Notes: generated by a model from the sequence alone, not told the origin. 26,069 nt of DNA from a virus (IMGVR_UViG_3300033123_000549:1-26069), one strand, 5' to 3'; shown: positions 7,660 through 17,511, counted from the stretch's first letter. Translations and numbers: made by a program.

Positions 7660-10587
7660 TTACAAACGCGAACGGCTTTCAGTAACCGAAACGCGCGTTT
7701 GAACGGAATTGATTTCCTTAACGGAAACGACCGGACGAATTTTCGACGCGGCTTTTTCAAACGTGGCGGAAAATATTTTTGCGGTTTGGAAGTTATTCGC
7801 AGCCGCCGAAAACGCCGCCGAAGACGTGAATCCACCGTCGGCGAATCCTGAAATCCCAGTTCGCGAAACATTCGATCGAAGCGATTCTAAACGGCCTACC
7901 AAAGAACGACCTTCCGAAGAATTCAAAACCGGCGACGGAACGACGTATTCGTCGCGGTGAACGATTCCGGCCGGTTCGTAACGGCCACCGCGTCCAGTAT
8001 AGCCACCGGAAGAAAACGAAGCCACCGAAATAACCGGCGTCGGGGGTTCGCCTTCCAGGATTTGTTTCACCTTTGCCGCGTTTGTGATGATCGTCGCGGC
8101 GATCGTCAAATATTTCGGAATCGAAGCCAGTCCACCGGTCGCCACGTTATCGGCGGAAGCCGGCGAAGTCGAGTTCAAAAGCGTATTCGTCAAGGCCTGG
8201 GCCGTATCGGCGGCGACTTCGAACAAAGCATAGGCGCGCGTATTTTGCGCGTTTGAAAACAAAAGCTGGGCCGTCGCCTTTGCAATATCGATCGAAAGGT
8301 TCGCGATTTCCTTCCGGTAGTTAATAGTCGCCTGGATTGTATTTCGTTCATCCTGGGCCAATTTTTTCGAATTGTTCAAACGGTTGGTTTCGATCGCGAT
8401 CGTCGTTTCTGCCAGTTGCTTTTCAATTTCGGCGCGCTGTTCGGCGTTCAAAGTTTCGTCTTTCAGTTGGGTTTCCAAAAGCGTTTTTTTCGCGTTCAAA
8501 GATTGTTCTTTCAATTCCAAAAGGCGGCGTTCAAGTTCGGCTTCCTGATTGAATGTTTGATCGCCAGCGGCTTTTCGAATCGCGGCTTCGTCGTTTACCG
8601 ATTTGAGAATCGCGGCCGTCTGAAGCGTTTCGCCGGCGTCAATAATTGAAATCGATTTTTTGTAAGATTCAAAAAGTAGATTTTGATCTTCCTTCGCGTT
8701 CTTTTCATTGAACGCCGTAATTTCGGCGGCCTGGGCCTTTTTTTGGTTGGTTTGCGCGTCCAGGAATGTTTTTTCGATCGAAGTCGTTTCTTTTCCGGCT
8801 TTTTTCGCGGCGATAACGGCTTCGGCGAAATTTTTCTTTAGTTCGATTTGTTCTTTTCGGTGTTTTTCTTCCAGCGAAGCCAAATCGCGAGCGCGTTCGT
8901 TTTCGATTGTGGAAATAGAAATTTCGCGCGCCCTTTGATCGAGCGAAGCGACTTTCGAAAGAAAATCTTCCTGAATTTTTCTTTTTTCTTCGGCGATTCT
9001 TTGCAAACGTTCTTTTTCTTTTTGCGCGTTTTCAATTCGTTTTTTCCGTTCTTCTTCCTGTTTTTTGGTGAAATTTGCGTCCAAAATAGCGCCTTCCGAA
9101 TTGATTTGTTTTCGCGTTTCGCCCAGTTCGAAAAGTCGATCTTTTTCTTCCTGGCTTAATTTATTGACTTTTTGTTTTTGCTTCAAAACCTTTTCTTCGG
9201 CCGAAACGTTTTTCAATTTTTCCGCGATCAAACGTTTTTCGGCGTTTAGAATATCTTTGTCGGTGGCGCCTTTCGCTTTCAAAAGATCGATTTCGCGTTT
9301 GATTTGATCTTCGGCGGACTTCCTAACGTTTTCCAATTTTTTGAACGATTCAACGGCTTTGTCGGCGTTTTCTTTCGTTTTTGCCGTGGCCGAATCGTCG
9401 ATCAAACCGAATGAAATAACGTTCAGAAAATCGCGCGCTTTGTCGGCTGCGGTTTGTAACGGCCCCAGGAATTCATAAACAGCGTTTTTGACTGAATCGA
9501 AGTTTTGGATTAAAGCGATTAAACCAATAGCCAAAGCGCCCAGGCCGGTGGCGACGATCGCGCCGCGTAGCGCCTTGAATGAAAACGAAGTCGTTTCCAC
9601 CGACGCGCCGAAAAGTTTGAACGTCGCGGCCGTTGCTTTGTTCAAAGTCGCCGCGATCGCCGTCGTCGCGTTTTGTCTTTTTTGCGCCAAATCCAGGGCG
9701 ACGGTTTTCGCTTCCGCGATTCCTATCGCTATTTGTCGAATTTGCATCGAAGCCGCGAAACCGGTTTGAATCTTTTCGGCGGTTTGCGCTGCGGCCGAAC
9801 CTTTTTCAATAAAGCCGACGATTTCCGGAAGTTGGAAGGCGGCCGTAATCCCGGAAGCGACGTCGGCGTAGGCGTCGTTTATTTCGGCTGCCCCTTTTTT
9901 CACTTTTTCCCCGAATTCGTCCTGTTTTCCGGACAAATTCAAAAAGCGCGTTTCCAGGCCCAAAAGCGTCTGGTCAATATCGCTTTTTATTCCGCCGGCC
10001 GCGTCTTTTTGCGCGGCTTTCAATTCGCGGAAAGCGACTTCGACTTCGCGAAGCGTCGATTCTTCCGAATTCAAAATTCGAACCGATTCCGAAAGCGTGT
10101 TTTTGATTTGTTCTTCGGTTTGTACCTGGGCTTTTTGTTCGGCCAAAACGCGGCGAATCGCGTTTTCGTAATCGCCGACCGATCGCGAATAGACCTGAAT
10201 CCCCTGTTCCTGTTCTTTTATTCGCGTTGTAAGTTCGTTAATTTTTGGAAGTAAGTTCGAAGCCAGTTCCGGCGCCAGGTCGGCGTATTGTTTTTTAAGG
10301 GCGTTCAATTCCGCGCGGTTTGCCGAAAGCGATCCTTCGGCAAATTGAAATGAAGCCGCCGTATTTTTGACCTGGTTTTCCAGAGCCCTTTGTTGGGTTT
10401 GAAGCGCTTTAATCGCGGCCGTCTGGGCGTCGTAAGCTTCGGCGCCTTCCTTCGTTGTTTTGTCGATCGATTTTTGCGTTTCCTTCAGGGTTTCGATCCG
10501 GCCTTTCAAAGATTGAATTTCTTTGATCGCTTCGTCGGCCTGAAGTTGAACTTCGAGAATGATTTTTTCGTCGGTTCCTATTGCCAT
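7660..10587 (-). CDS. Tail tape measure protein
   Basis: 975 aa, Ala/Lys/Glu-rich coiled coil, with a hydrophobic ATGLGALAIGLIALI segment. C-terminal FSSGGYTGRGGRYEPAGIVHRDEYVVP motif is typical of tape measure C-termini. Confidence 0.9.
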   Translation of the reverse strand: MAIGTDEKIILEVQLQADEAIKEIQSLKGRIETLKETQKSIDKTTKEGAEAYDAQTAAIKALQTQQRALENQVKNTAASFQFAEGSLSANRAELNALKKQYADLAPELASNLLPKINELTTRIKEQEQGIQVYSRSVGDYENAIRRVLAEQKAQVQTEEQIKNTLSESVRILNSEESTLREVEVAFRELKAAQKDAAGGIKSDIDQTLLGLETRFLNLSGKQDEFGEKVKKGAAEINDAYADVASGITAAFQLPEIVGFIEKGSAAAQTAEKIQTGFAASMQIRQIAIGIAEAKTVALDLAQKRQNATTAIAATLNKATAATFKLFGASVETTSFSFKALRGAIVATGLGALAIGLIALIQNFDSVKNAVYEFLGPLQTAADKARDFLNVISFGLIDDSATAKTKENADKAVESFKKLENVRKSAEDQIKREIDLLKAKGATDKDILNAEKRLIAEKLKNVSAEEKVLKQKQKVNKLSQEEKDRLFELGETRKQINSEGAILDANFTKKQEEERKKRIENAQKEKERLQRIAEEKRKIQEDFLSKVASLDQRAREISISTIENERARDLASLEEKHRKEQIELKKNFAEAVIAAKKAGKETTSIEKTFLDAQTNQKKAQAAEITAFNEKNAKEDQNLLFESYKKSISIIDAGETLQTAAILKSVNDEAAIRKAAGDQTFNQEAELERRLLELKEQSLNAKKTLLETQLKDETLNAEQRAEIEKQLAETTIAIETNRLNNSKKLAQDERNTIQATINYRKEIANLSIDIAKATAQLLFSNAQNTRAYALFEVAADTAQALTNTLLNSTSPASADNVATGGLASIPKYLTIAATIITNAAKVKQILEGEPPTPVISVASFSSGGYTGRGGRYEPAGIVHRDEYVVPSPVLNSSEGRSLVGRLESLRSNVSRTGISGFADGGFTSSAAFSAAANNFQTAKIFSATFEKAASKIRPVVSVKEINSVQTRVSVTESRSRL

Positions 10588-10590
10588 TTT

Positions 10591-12534
10591 TTACGGAATT
10601 TTTAAGAGTGAAAGAATCGCTTCGCCGGTTTCGGCGTTGTATTCGGTGAGTGAATTTAGGAAAAATTTTCCGTTCAAACCGGAAACGAAAATCGGTTCGG
10701 TGAAATCCAGGTTCGAAATTTCGTCTTCCGGAATGATCGCCGGCGCGGAATAAAGTTCGGCGGCGTCCAAGCAAATTTTGAATTTCGCATAACGCTGGGC
10801 GACGATATTCGAAAGGTTTTCGTTTGCGCTGGCGATATATTTTCCGTCGGAAATATCGACGTAAGAAGTACCGACGGCGTCCGAAGAAAGGCGGAACGTT
10901 TGATCGTAATTCAAAACCATTCCAAGGCGCGGCGGCGTTTCGTTTTCTTCGATTTGAAGTTTCGCGTAATCGTCCGGAATCGTCGCTTTCAAAGTTTGAA
11001 CCGTTCCCCATTCGTTCACGTTTGCCAGTTGTGGCGGAAAATTCGACGCGCGAGTCAAAATAGGCGCGAAGATCGATTCGAAAATCGTTCCTTCGTCTTC
11101 CAGCGTTTCGTCCAGGATTTCAAAATTTCCGTCGTAAACGCCGGCTTTTTGTTTTTCGAAAAGAAGCGTTTCGTTTTCGGCCGGCGCCGTTTTGAAAAAG
11201 TTCTTTTTGAAATATTCGCCGAATTTGAATTCGACCGGAATCGCGTTCGAATAATTCACAAAAGCCGACCAGTTTTTCGTCGCTGGGCGGTTCAAAACGT
11301 CTTCGATAAAATCGATTTTTAGTTCGGTTGGATTCGCCGGCGACTGGGAAAATAAAAGTCCGTAACGGATCGCCAAATCGCGAACAAAGTCGTTTATTTT
11401 CACGTCCGGAAGATTAAATTCCGGCTTAATTAAGCCGCCAAAAGCGACTGAATTCCGGTTCTGAATCGTAACGTTGAACGATTTGACAGCATCGACGCCG
11501 CCGCCGGCGTTATTTATGTAAAAATTGAACTGAAGATTTGAGTTCGCCGAAACGAAAACCGTTTCCAAATTTATCGAAAGCGAAATTTCCGCCGGGCCAG
11601 TCAAACCGGAAACCATTTTCGAAGCGACCGGGCCGAAAAACGTATCCAAAATTTCAAACGTTACCGAAGTACAAAATTCATCGATCAAAAGAACGATCGT
11701 CGCGTCGATTGAAACGTTCGCCTGGGTTGTATTGTATTCGGCCGAATTGTAAGGCCAGGAAGTCGAAATTTCGGTAAATTGATCGGAAAAAACGTCGATC
11801 GGAACCGGAAAACTATTTCCGCCGAATTCGGAATAAAAATCGTCTTCGACTTCGGCCGAAAGCGACGCCGTTCCACCAATCAAAACTTCGGACGGATCGG
11901 TTTCTATAAACGGCGAAGTGATTGGAAGAATTCGTTCCGCAAGGCCGGGCCATTCCCAAAACGTTCCGGAAGGCGTAACGCCAGCGAATTCGAAAATCTT
12001 TGAAAGGACGAATTTTGTATAGTAAACTGGACGCAAAAAATAAAACGGAAGCGTCGGAAAAATCCAGAAATCCGTCCAGCCGTAATTCGCCACCGGAACG
12101 ACCTGGCCGGCGGTGGAATCCGTATTTCGAAAGTCGTAAAAATCCGAAATCGAAAATCCCATTTCGATTCCATAGTCCAGCGATCGAAGTGGAACGTCCT
12201 TGATTCGATCGATCCAGTTCGAATTCGTTCCGAAAAGATTCGCTTCGAAAGTTTCCGAGCCTGATTTGATAACGGCGAAACCTTCCAAAACTTTCAGGCC
12301 TTTCGAAAAAACCAAAGCGTTGATTTTTTGGTAAGGCGTTGTTTTTTGGAATCCTGGTAAATGAAGCGGCCCTAATATTTGAACGTTGTTTTCGGTTGGT
12401 GGAATGGAAAACGTCGCCGAATTCGCGCCGGTAACTTCGCCGAAATTTACGAACGAAGAAGCCTGGAAGTTCAAAAGAACGTTTTCCGCGTCTTCCGAAA
12501 GTTCGATTCGTTGGCCGTTTAGATATAAATCCAT
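10591..12534 (-). CDS. Tail tip / hub-like structural protein
   Basis: 647 aa. N-terminal MDLYLNGQRIELSED...SATFSIPPTENN and internal NLPDVKINDFVRDLAIRYGL are typical of Bacteroidota siphovirus tail proteins next to the tape measure. Confidence 0.7.
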   Translation of the reverse strand: MDLYLNGQRIELSEDAENVLLNFQASSFVNFGEVTGANSATFSIPPTENNVQILGPLHLPGFQKTTPYQKINALVFSKGLKVLEGFAVIKSGSETFEANLFGTNSNWIDRIKDVPLRSLDYGIEMGFSISDFYDFRNTDSTAGQVVPVANYGWTDFWIFPTLPFYFLRPVYYTKFVLSKIFEFAGVTPSGTFWEWPGLAERILPITSPFIETDPSEVLIGGTASLSAEVEDDFYSEFGGNSFPVPIDVFSDQFTEISTSWPYNSAEYNTTQANVSIDATIVLLIDEFCTSVTFEILDTFFGPVASKMVSGLTGPAEISLSINLETVFVSANSNLQFNFYINNAGGGVDAVKSFNVTIQNRNSVAFGGLIKPEFNLPDVKINDFVRDLAIRYGLLFSQSPANPTELKIDFIEDVLNRPATKNWSAFVNYSNAIPVEFKFGEYFKKNFFKTAPAENETLLFEKQKAGVYDGNFEILDETLEDEGTIFESIFAPILTRASNFPPQLANVNEWGTVQTLKATIPDDYAKLQIEENETPPRLGMVLNYDQTFRLSSDAVGTSYVDISDGKYIASANENLSNIVAQRYAKFKICLDAAELYSAPAIIPEDEISNLDFTEPIFVSGLNGKFFLNSLTEYNAETGEAILSLLKIP

Positions 12535-12537
12535 TTT

Positions 12538-12918
12538 TTACAAAGTTGAAACCGGATTCGAAAAAATTACTGAAAATTCAATAGGCGAAAGTGGATCGAT
12601 TTCATTCAAAACGATAAACGAATCGCGTTCCACCATTACCGGAACCGGATCGTTCAATTCCGGAACGATCAAAAAAACCGTCGGCGAAAGTTTGATCGAC
12701 GAAATGAAGTCGCGATCGCTTCCTGAAATTCGGCCGGATTCGAACGAAAGTCGGCGGCGTGTTGCTTTGATCGGAATTTGCGAAAGCGCTTCGTTTTGAT
12801 TTGTGAAAACGATCGATTCGCCTGGCGAAATTTCGCTTTCGGCTTTGATTCGAAAGGAAAAGGCGTTGAAGCCATTGTTCCACCAAACCAGCGTTTGAAT
12901 ATATTTGAAACAGTCCAT
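12538..12918 (-). CDS. Putative tail protein
   Basis: 126-aa ORF with LVWWNNGFNAFSF, lying in the tail module with 3-bp gaps to its neighbours. Confidence 0.55.
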   Translation of the reverse strand: MDCFKYIQTLVWWNNGFNAFSFRIKAESEISPGESIVFTNQNEALSQIPIKATRRRLSFESGRISGSDRDFISSIKLSPTVFLIVPELNDPVPVMVERDSFIVLNEIDPLSPIEFSVIFSNPVSTL

Positions 12919-12921
12919 TTT

Positions 12922-13902
12922 TTAGGGCGTTGTTGTTGGAATGAAAGGCGAATAGTCGAAAAGATCGTTCAATTCGGTTCCTGGTTCGGCGACCAAAATA
13001 AGCGCCGGGAAATAGCCACAAATTCGCGAATAAATGAATTTTCCCGGAACGAAAGGAATTCCTTCCAGTGAATTCGAAGCGTCGAAAAGTGGGTTCAAAA
13101 TAGGCGTAAATGGAAGATTTGTTTCGTAAGCCGTTGGAAGGCCTGAAGCGGCGCCGACGTCTTTTCGAGCGTAGGTTTGAAGCGTCGCCAGCCAAAAATA
13201 AAAAACGGCGTTAAAATTGCCAGGCGAAACCGGATCCGGGAAGGTATTTTGAACCGAATTTCCGGAATCGAAATCCCAGGACGAAATTTTGATTTGAACC
13301 GGAAGAACGGCGTCGAATAACGGAACGACCTTCGAAGATTCTTCGTTTTCCGTTGGTGAAAAAAACGAATATTTTTGAAAATCCCAAACGGCCGAAAGAT
13401 AGGATCGAAGAAACTTCGCGATTTTGATTTCGAAAATATAATCGAAAAGCGGAACGCTTATTTCGCCTAATTTACGCCAGGGTTGAAAAACGTTCGCTGG
13501 GTGGCCGTATCGGTAGCCGCCCCAAATTTCGACCGTTGTTTCACTTAAAAGGAAAATTTGAACCGTTTCCGTCGAAACTAAAGGGTAATTTCCGGAAACG
13601 ACGATCGTCGCCGAAATTCCTGGTTCTTCTTCGACCGAAACGACGGAATAAGTTCCGCGAAGTGATCCGTTCGGAATTCGAACCAGGAAGTTCGTTCCAA
13701 GTTCGCCGAATGAAGGCGCCGAAGCGCCGGAAATTACGAACTGAATAAATCCAGCGCCACCGGTTCCAGCCGAAGCCGTGAACGACGGAAAAAGGATTTT
13801 CAATTTTTGCGACGGATCGATCGAGCAAAACGAAAGCGTTTCTTCCAAATAATCGGAAGCGATTTCGATCTTTTCTTCGATTTGTAAATAGGCGGAATTC
13901 AT
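12922..13902 (-). CDS. Putative tail/structural protein
   Basis: 326-aa beta-rich ORF in the tail module. Confidence 0.55.
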   Translation of the reverse strand: MNSAYLQIEEKIEIASDYLEETLSFCSIDPSQKLKILFPSFTASAGTGGAGFIQFVISGASAPSFGELGTNFLVRIPNGSLRGTYSVVSVEEEPGISATIVVSGNYPLVSTETVQIFLLSETTVEIWGGYRYGHPANVFQPWRKLGEISVPLFDYIFEIKIAKFLRSYLSAVWDFQKYSFFSPTENEESSKVVPLFDAVLPVQIKISSWDFDSGNSVQNTFPDPVSPGNFNAVFYFWLATLQTYARKDVGAASGLPTAYETNLPFTPILNPLFDASNSLEGIPFVPGKFIYSRICGYFPALILVAEPGTELNDLFDYSPFIPTTTP

Positions 13903-13906
13903 TTTT

Positions 13907-14404
13907 TCAAGTTCGGGTTAAAGTGATGTTTTTCGAAAATAGCGCGTTTTTCGCAAAGTTGAAAACCGACGCGCGAAGATCGGAAAATCCGGCGTTAGAA
14001 TCGACGTTTTCGAATACGTTCGAAGCTGCGCCCTGGAATTGTCTATAAATAGAAGTTCCGGATTGTGAAATCGAAATCGCCAGCGCCCAAGGATCTCCGA
14101 CTAAATTTTTCGCGATCGCCCATTCCTTAATTTTGTTAATTGGCGGAATTCCACCTGAACGGCGACCATAAACGACGAATTCGACGTAATAAAGCGCGAC
14201 TATATACGCTACCGACTGAGCGGCGTCAATATCGACGCGGACGGATTCCGCCAGGCGACCAGTTGCAAACGCTGGCGATTCAAAGTTTGAACCGTCCAGG
14301 CGCTTCCGTTTGATTGGATGCGATCGAAGCGCTTCGGAATATTGCGCCGCCAGTGGATTCAAATATTCTTCCAGCGCCGAATTCAAAAAAACCGAAGCGT
14401 CCAT
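13907..14404 (-). CDS. Putative tail completion/neck protein (HK97 gp10-like)
   Basis: ATGRLAESVR, YVEFVVYGRRSG and PPINKIKEWAIAK...ALAISISQSG motifs. Confidence 0.6.
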   Translation of the reverse strand: MDASVFLNSALEEYLNPLAAQYSEALRSHPIKRKRLDGSNFESPAFATGRLAESVRVDIDAAQSVAYIVALYYVEFVVYGRRSGGIPPINKIKEWAIAKNLVGDPWALAISISQSGTSIYRQFQGAASNVFENVDSNAGFSDLRASVFNFAKNALFSKNITLTRT

Positions 14405-14406
14405 TT

Positions 14407-14865
14407 TTATCGACAGTTAAAAGTTGAAGAATTTGAAGGATCGTAATATCGAAGCGGCGAAGATTCGAATAAATTGAAAGTAAGGCCCCAGCCGGTTACG
14501 GTGGAAGCCATTCGTTCCGGTTCGGGCGTACAAACGACGGAATCGATCGAAACGTTTTGATTCAAAACGTACCGAAGAAAATCGTCTTTTATTGTTTCGG
14601 CCTGGAATAAAAGTTCCGCGCGATCGTCTTTCGAGTTATCCGGCGAATCCTGAAGCCAAAAAAGAACGGCGATGTTCCACGTTTGGCGATCCTGGGAAAG
14701 CGATTCCGTCGCTTTGCAAAATAGCAAATTAACGACCGGAAAAGTCGTTTCGTCTTCGATAGTAACGACGGCGCCGTCGTATCGTTTGGCGTGGACGAAA
14801 GTTCCGTCCGGCGCGGCTAAATTTGCCGCAGTCGAAAGAATTTGAATAAGTTCCGAATAAATCAT
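14407..14865 (-). CDS. Putative tail terminator protein
   Basis: 152 aa with FPVVNL and C-terminal TVTGWGLTFNL. Size and position fit a tail terminator. Confidence 0.55.
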   Translation of the reverse strand: MIYSELIQILSTAANLAAPDGTFVHAKRYDGAVVTIEDETTFPVVNLLFCKATESLSQDRQTWNIAVLFWLQDSPDNSKDDRAELLFQAETIKDDFLRYVLNQNVSIDSVVCTPEPERMASTVTGWGLTFNLFESSPLRYYDPSNSSTFNCR

Positions 14866-15140
14866 TTGACTGGGTTTCGCGTTTCAAAAATACGTTTCAA
14901 ATTTGAATCGATTCTTCGCTGGTAAAGATTAAGTAATAAAATTTCATAAACGAAAACGGCCGGAAGGTTCAAAATTTCTTCGACGTCCAGGATTTTTTTC
15001 CCCGAAAGTTCGTAAGCGGTCGCCAGGTGGCCGAAGCGCGAAAGTTCTTCGCCGCCAGCGTTCACGAAGTCGGCGTCGTTTGGTTCGTCGTTAAGTTCTG
15101 AATAGCGATCCAGGAACCGATCAAACCGGACAAAAAAAAA
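14862..15140 (-). CDS. -1 frameshift extension of the chaperone (gpGT-like C-terminal part)
   Basis: The -1 frame after AAT TTT TTT TT reads FVRFDRFLDRYSELNDE...FGHLATAYELSGKKILDVEEILNLPAVFVYEILLL. It has no ATG of its own, and its stop overlaps the next start (ATGA). Confidence 0.6.
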   Translation of the reverse strand, partial: FFFVRFDRFLDRYSELNDEPNDADFVNAGGEELSRFGHLATAYELSGKKILDVEEILNLPAVFVYEILLLNLYQRRIDSNLKRIFETRNPVK

Positions 15141-15598
15141 TTTGCGAATCCGAACCATTTCGAAACCGGTTCCGAAAGCGTTTTTTCGATCGTCAATTCT
15201 GGCCGGTAGGTTTGAAGTATTTCCGGAAAAGCGTTCAAAATATCCTTTTCGTTTTCGACGTACTTCGAAACGATTTTTTTCGCTATTTCGATTTTGTTCC
15301 AGGATTCGTTTTCTATTTCGATTTCCGGAACGCCAGCGAAAACCGGCGAATCGAATTTCAAAAGATTTTCGCGAATGAAAAGCGGCGCGATCGTCCTTCG
15401 AAGAATGATCGACGAATTCAAGTCCAGCGAATGAAGAAGATCTATCGGAATATCGGTCAAAGCGTGAACCTGGTCGAACCAGTCCTTCGGTGCGTTTAGG
15501 GCTTTCAAATAAATTTCGAACGTCAATTCTTCGAACGATTCCGGAATAGATTTTTCTTCGATCGATCCGTCCGAATATTTCAAAACAAGTTTTTTCAT
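15062..15598 (-). CDS. Putative tail assembly chaperone, unshifted (gpG-like) form
   Basis: 178 aa, MKKLVLKY...IPESFEELTFEIY...WFGFANFF. Contains a T9 slippery run at 15132..15140. Confidence 0.6.
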   Translation of the reverse strand: MKKLVLKYSDGSIEEKSIPESFEELTFEIYLKALNAPKDWFDQVHALTDIPIDLLHSLDLNSSIILRRTIAPLFIRENLLKFDSPVFAGVPEIEIENESWNKIEIAKKIVSKYVENEKDILNAFPEILQTYRPELTIEKTLSEPVSKWFGFANFFLSGLIGSWIAIQNLTTNQTTPTS

Positions 15599-15601
15599 AT
15601 T

Positions 15602-16762
15602 TCAAAAAGTTTTCAATTTTCGCGGCGCCGAATTTCCGCCGTAGGCGTCAATAAATCCAAGCGTTCCGTAAATCATAGCGTCAAGAAGGTGATCGTTGAA
15701 CGGCTTCGGTTCGTTGGTTGGTTTGCCGTTATTGTCAATGATCCAGCAATAGGTTTTTAATTCGTCAAATAAATTTTTCGAACCAGGATCGACCAACATT
15801 TCGAAGAATTTCATTCGATCGATTCCGGCGGCTTTCGGCCGGAATTTCGGGCCTTTTTGCGCGTTGATTCCGAAGCGTCGAAGTTCTTCGATCGAATCCG
15901 GCCTGGCGTTATCGCAAAAAACCGGCTTCGATCCGGTTATCGGTTTAAGGTATTTCGCCAGGTCGGACGTAATAAAGCCGACCTGGTAAAAAATTTCCTT
16001 CAGGAAAAGTTTTGAATCTTTGATTCGGCCAGCAATAACGGCCGAAGGATCGTTCGAAAAACCGAAATCGACGCCGAAAAATTGCGGTTCGAAATCTTCC
16101 GGCGATTCTTTGAAGTTGGAATAAATAAGTCCGCGCCGGCCCTGGCCCAGTTGGCCCAGTCCGAAAACCGTCCAGAATTCCGGATCGACTTCCGCCAGCC
16201 GTTCGATGTTAGAAATTTGATGTTCCGTTAAAAAAGGGTTATCGCGATAGGTTGAAATTTGTTTATCGCAAACGTCCGATTTGAATTTTTCTAATTTCGT
16301 AACGATCCAGGAATCCGGATCGGACGGATTCCAGTCGCCGATAAATTTGTGAGAAGTTCGCAGTTCGAGTTGAACGTACTTTTCCCAGGTCAATTCGTTT
16401 AATTCATTCGCGAAACAAATATTTTGCTTTCGGCCCCGGACTTTTTGTTCGGAATCGACGCCGAAATAGTAGAACGTATTTCCCAGGACGGAAATCGATT
16501 TTTCGGTTTTATTCCAGTTTTCTTCGGAAAACAAATTTTCCGCGATCAAAATTTCCAAAAGATCGACCAGGACGGTCGATTTCACGGCCGGCGTCGTTGC
16601 GCGAACCAGCGAAATCCGAAGGCCGGCGTTTTGGTATTTCACACAAAGCGCGACCAGGTACTGAAGGACGGCGTAAGTTTTCCCGGATCGACTTCCGCCT
16701 TGTAAAATTGAAAGATATTTTTTCGAATCTTTCAAAAAATTGTAATTAACGCCGACGGCCAT
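15602..16762 (-). CDS. terL: Terminase large subunit (PBSX-like)
   Basis: Walker A GGSRSGKT, Walker B-like ICFANE, DWNPS, nuclease motifs GVDFGFSNDPSA and NDHLLDAMIY. Confidence 0.95.
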   Translation of the reverse strand: MAVGVNYNFLKDSKKYLSILQGGSRSGKTYAVLQYLVALCVKYQNAGLRISLVRATTPAVKSTVLVDLLEILIAENLFSEENWNKTEKSISVLGNTFYYFGVDSEQKVRGRKQNICFANELNELTWEKYVQLELRTSHKFIGDWNPSDPDSWIVTKLEKFKSDVCDKQISTYRDNPFLTEHQISNIERLAEVDPEFWTVFGLGQLGQGRRGLIYSNFKESPEDFEPQFFGVDFGFSNDPSAVIAGRIKDSKLFLKEIFYQVGFITSDLAKYLKPITGSKPVFCDNARPDSIEELRRFGINAQKGPKFRPKAAGIDRMKFFEMLVDPGSKNLFDELKTYCWIIDNNGKPTNEPKPFNDHLLDAMIYGTLGFIDAYGGNSAPRKLKTF

Positions 16763-16765
16763 TTT

Positions 16766-17188
16766 TTAAGATTCTTCTTCGTATTCGTCGAATTCGTCCG
16801 GATCTTCGGCTTCCGATTCGATCGCGGCGTCCAGCGAAAGGAATTTCAAATCTTCGACGCGTATAGTTCGCGTCGCTTCGATTTCGATCTTTTCCGAAAG
16901 TCCGATCTTTTTTCCGATCGTTTTCATTCCGTAAATTATCGCGGCCGTATCGCCTTCGGAAATCTTTTTCCGGAACGCCGAAACGATCATTTCGCGAATT
17001 CCGATTTCGATTTCTTTGTACTGGCGAAGGAATTCCGGATCGTTCTTCCATTTCGAAACCGACGAAGCGCGAATTCGGCAGTTCGCCGGCAAAAGTTGAA
17101 GCGCGTCCGCGTCGTTTAAGGCGCGGCGATAGCAGTCCAGGAAAATTCGCTGGCGTTCCTTTTTCGTCAATTTATCGAATGGAATCAA
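16766..17188 (-). CDS. Putative terminase small subunit
   Basis: 140 aa directly upstream of terL. HTH-like IRASSVSKWKNDPEF, GDTAAIIYGMKTIGK, and an acidic tail. Confidence 0.75.
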   Translation of the reverse strand: MIPFDKLTKKERQRIFLDCYRRALNDADALQLLPANCRIRASSVSKWKNDPEFLRQYKEIEIGIREMIVSAFRKKISEGDTAAIIYGMKTIGKKIGLSEKIEIEATRTIRVEDLKFLSLDAAIESEAEDPDEFDEYEEES

Positions 17189-17511
17189 AGTCCGTGGTTG
17201 AAGTTTTTCGCGTCCAGTTTTTCGATCGTTCTTTGAGCCCAGGCGATTCCTTCATCGCCGCCCCAGGCGTCCCACATTAAGCCACCACAGCCGGCCGAAT
17301 AGGGCGTTTTTGAGTTTCGGCGGTGGCGTTCAAAAGCCGCCATTCTTCGGACGGTTGTTTCCGATAGGTTTTCCCGGTTCGCGAGTTGGCGCGCCCTGGC
17401 CCAGCCGACTGGCGTTCCGCAGCCGCGTGGATTGCCGGTTTTCCGTCGATATTCGAGCGCGCGTTTGGCGTTATCGCTGGCGGCTTCCGGGTAATCGTTA
17501 TAGGTTGCCAT
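17185..17511 (-). CDS. Conserved phage protein of unknown function (YNDYP...CGTPVG...GCGGLMWDAWGG domain)
   Basis: 108-aa ORF overlapping both neighbours. I recognise the motif pattern from phage head-associated proteins; not verified by search. Confidence 0.7.
   Translation of the reverse strand: MATYNDYPEAASDNAKRALEYRRKTGNPRGCGTPVGWARARQLANRENLSETTVRRMAAFERHRRNSKTPYSAGCGGLMWDAWGGDEGIAWAQRTIEKLDAKNFNHGL

Noticed and set aside
15141-15605. N-terminal part of the 247-aa ORF 14862..15605 as a real protein
   Set aside because: It is Arg-rich shadow sequence overlapping the 178-aa chaperone frame. Only the part after the T9 run looks coding.
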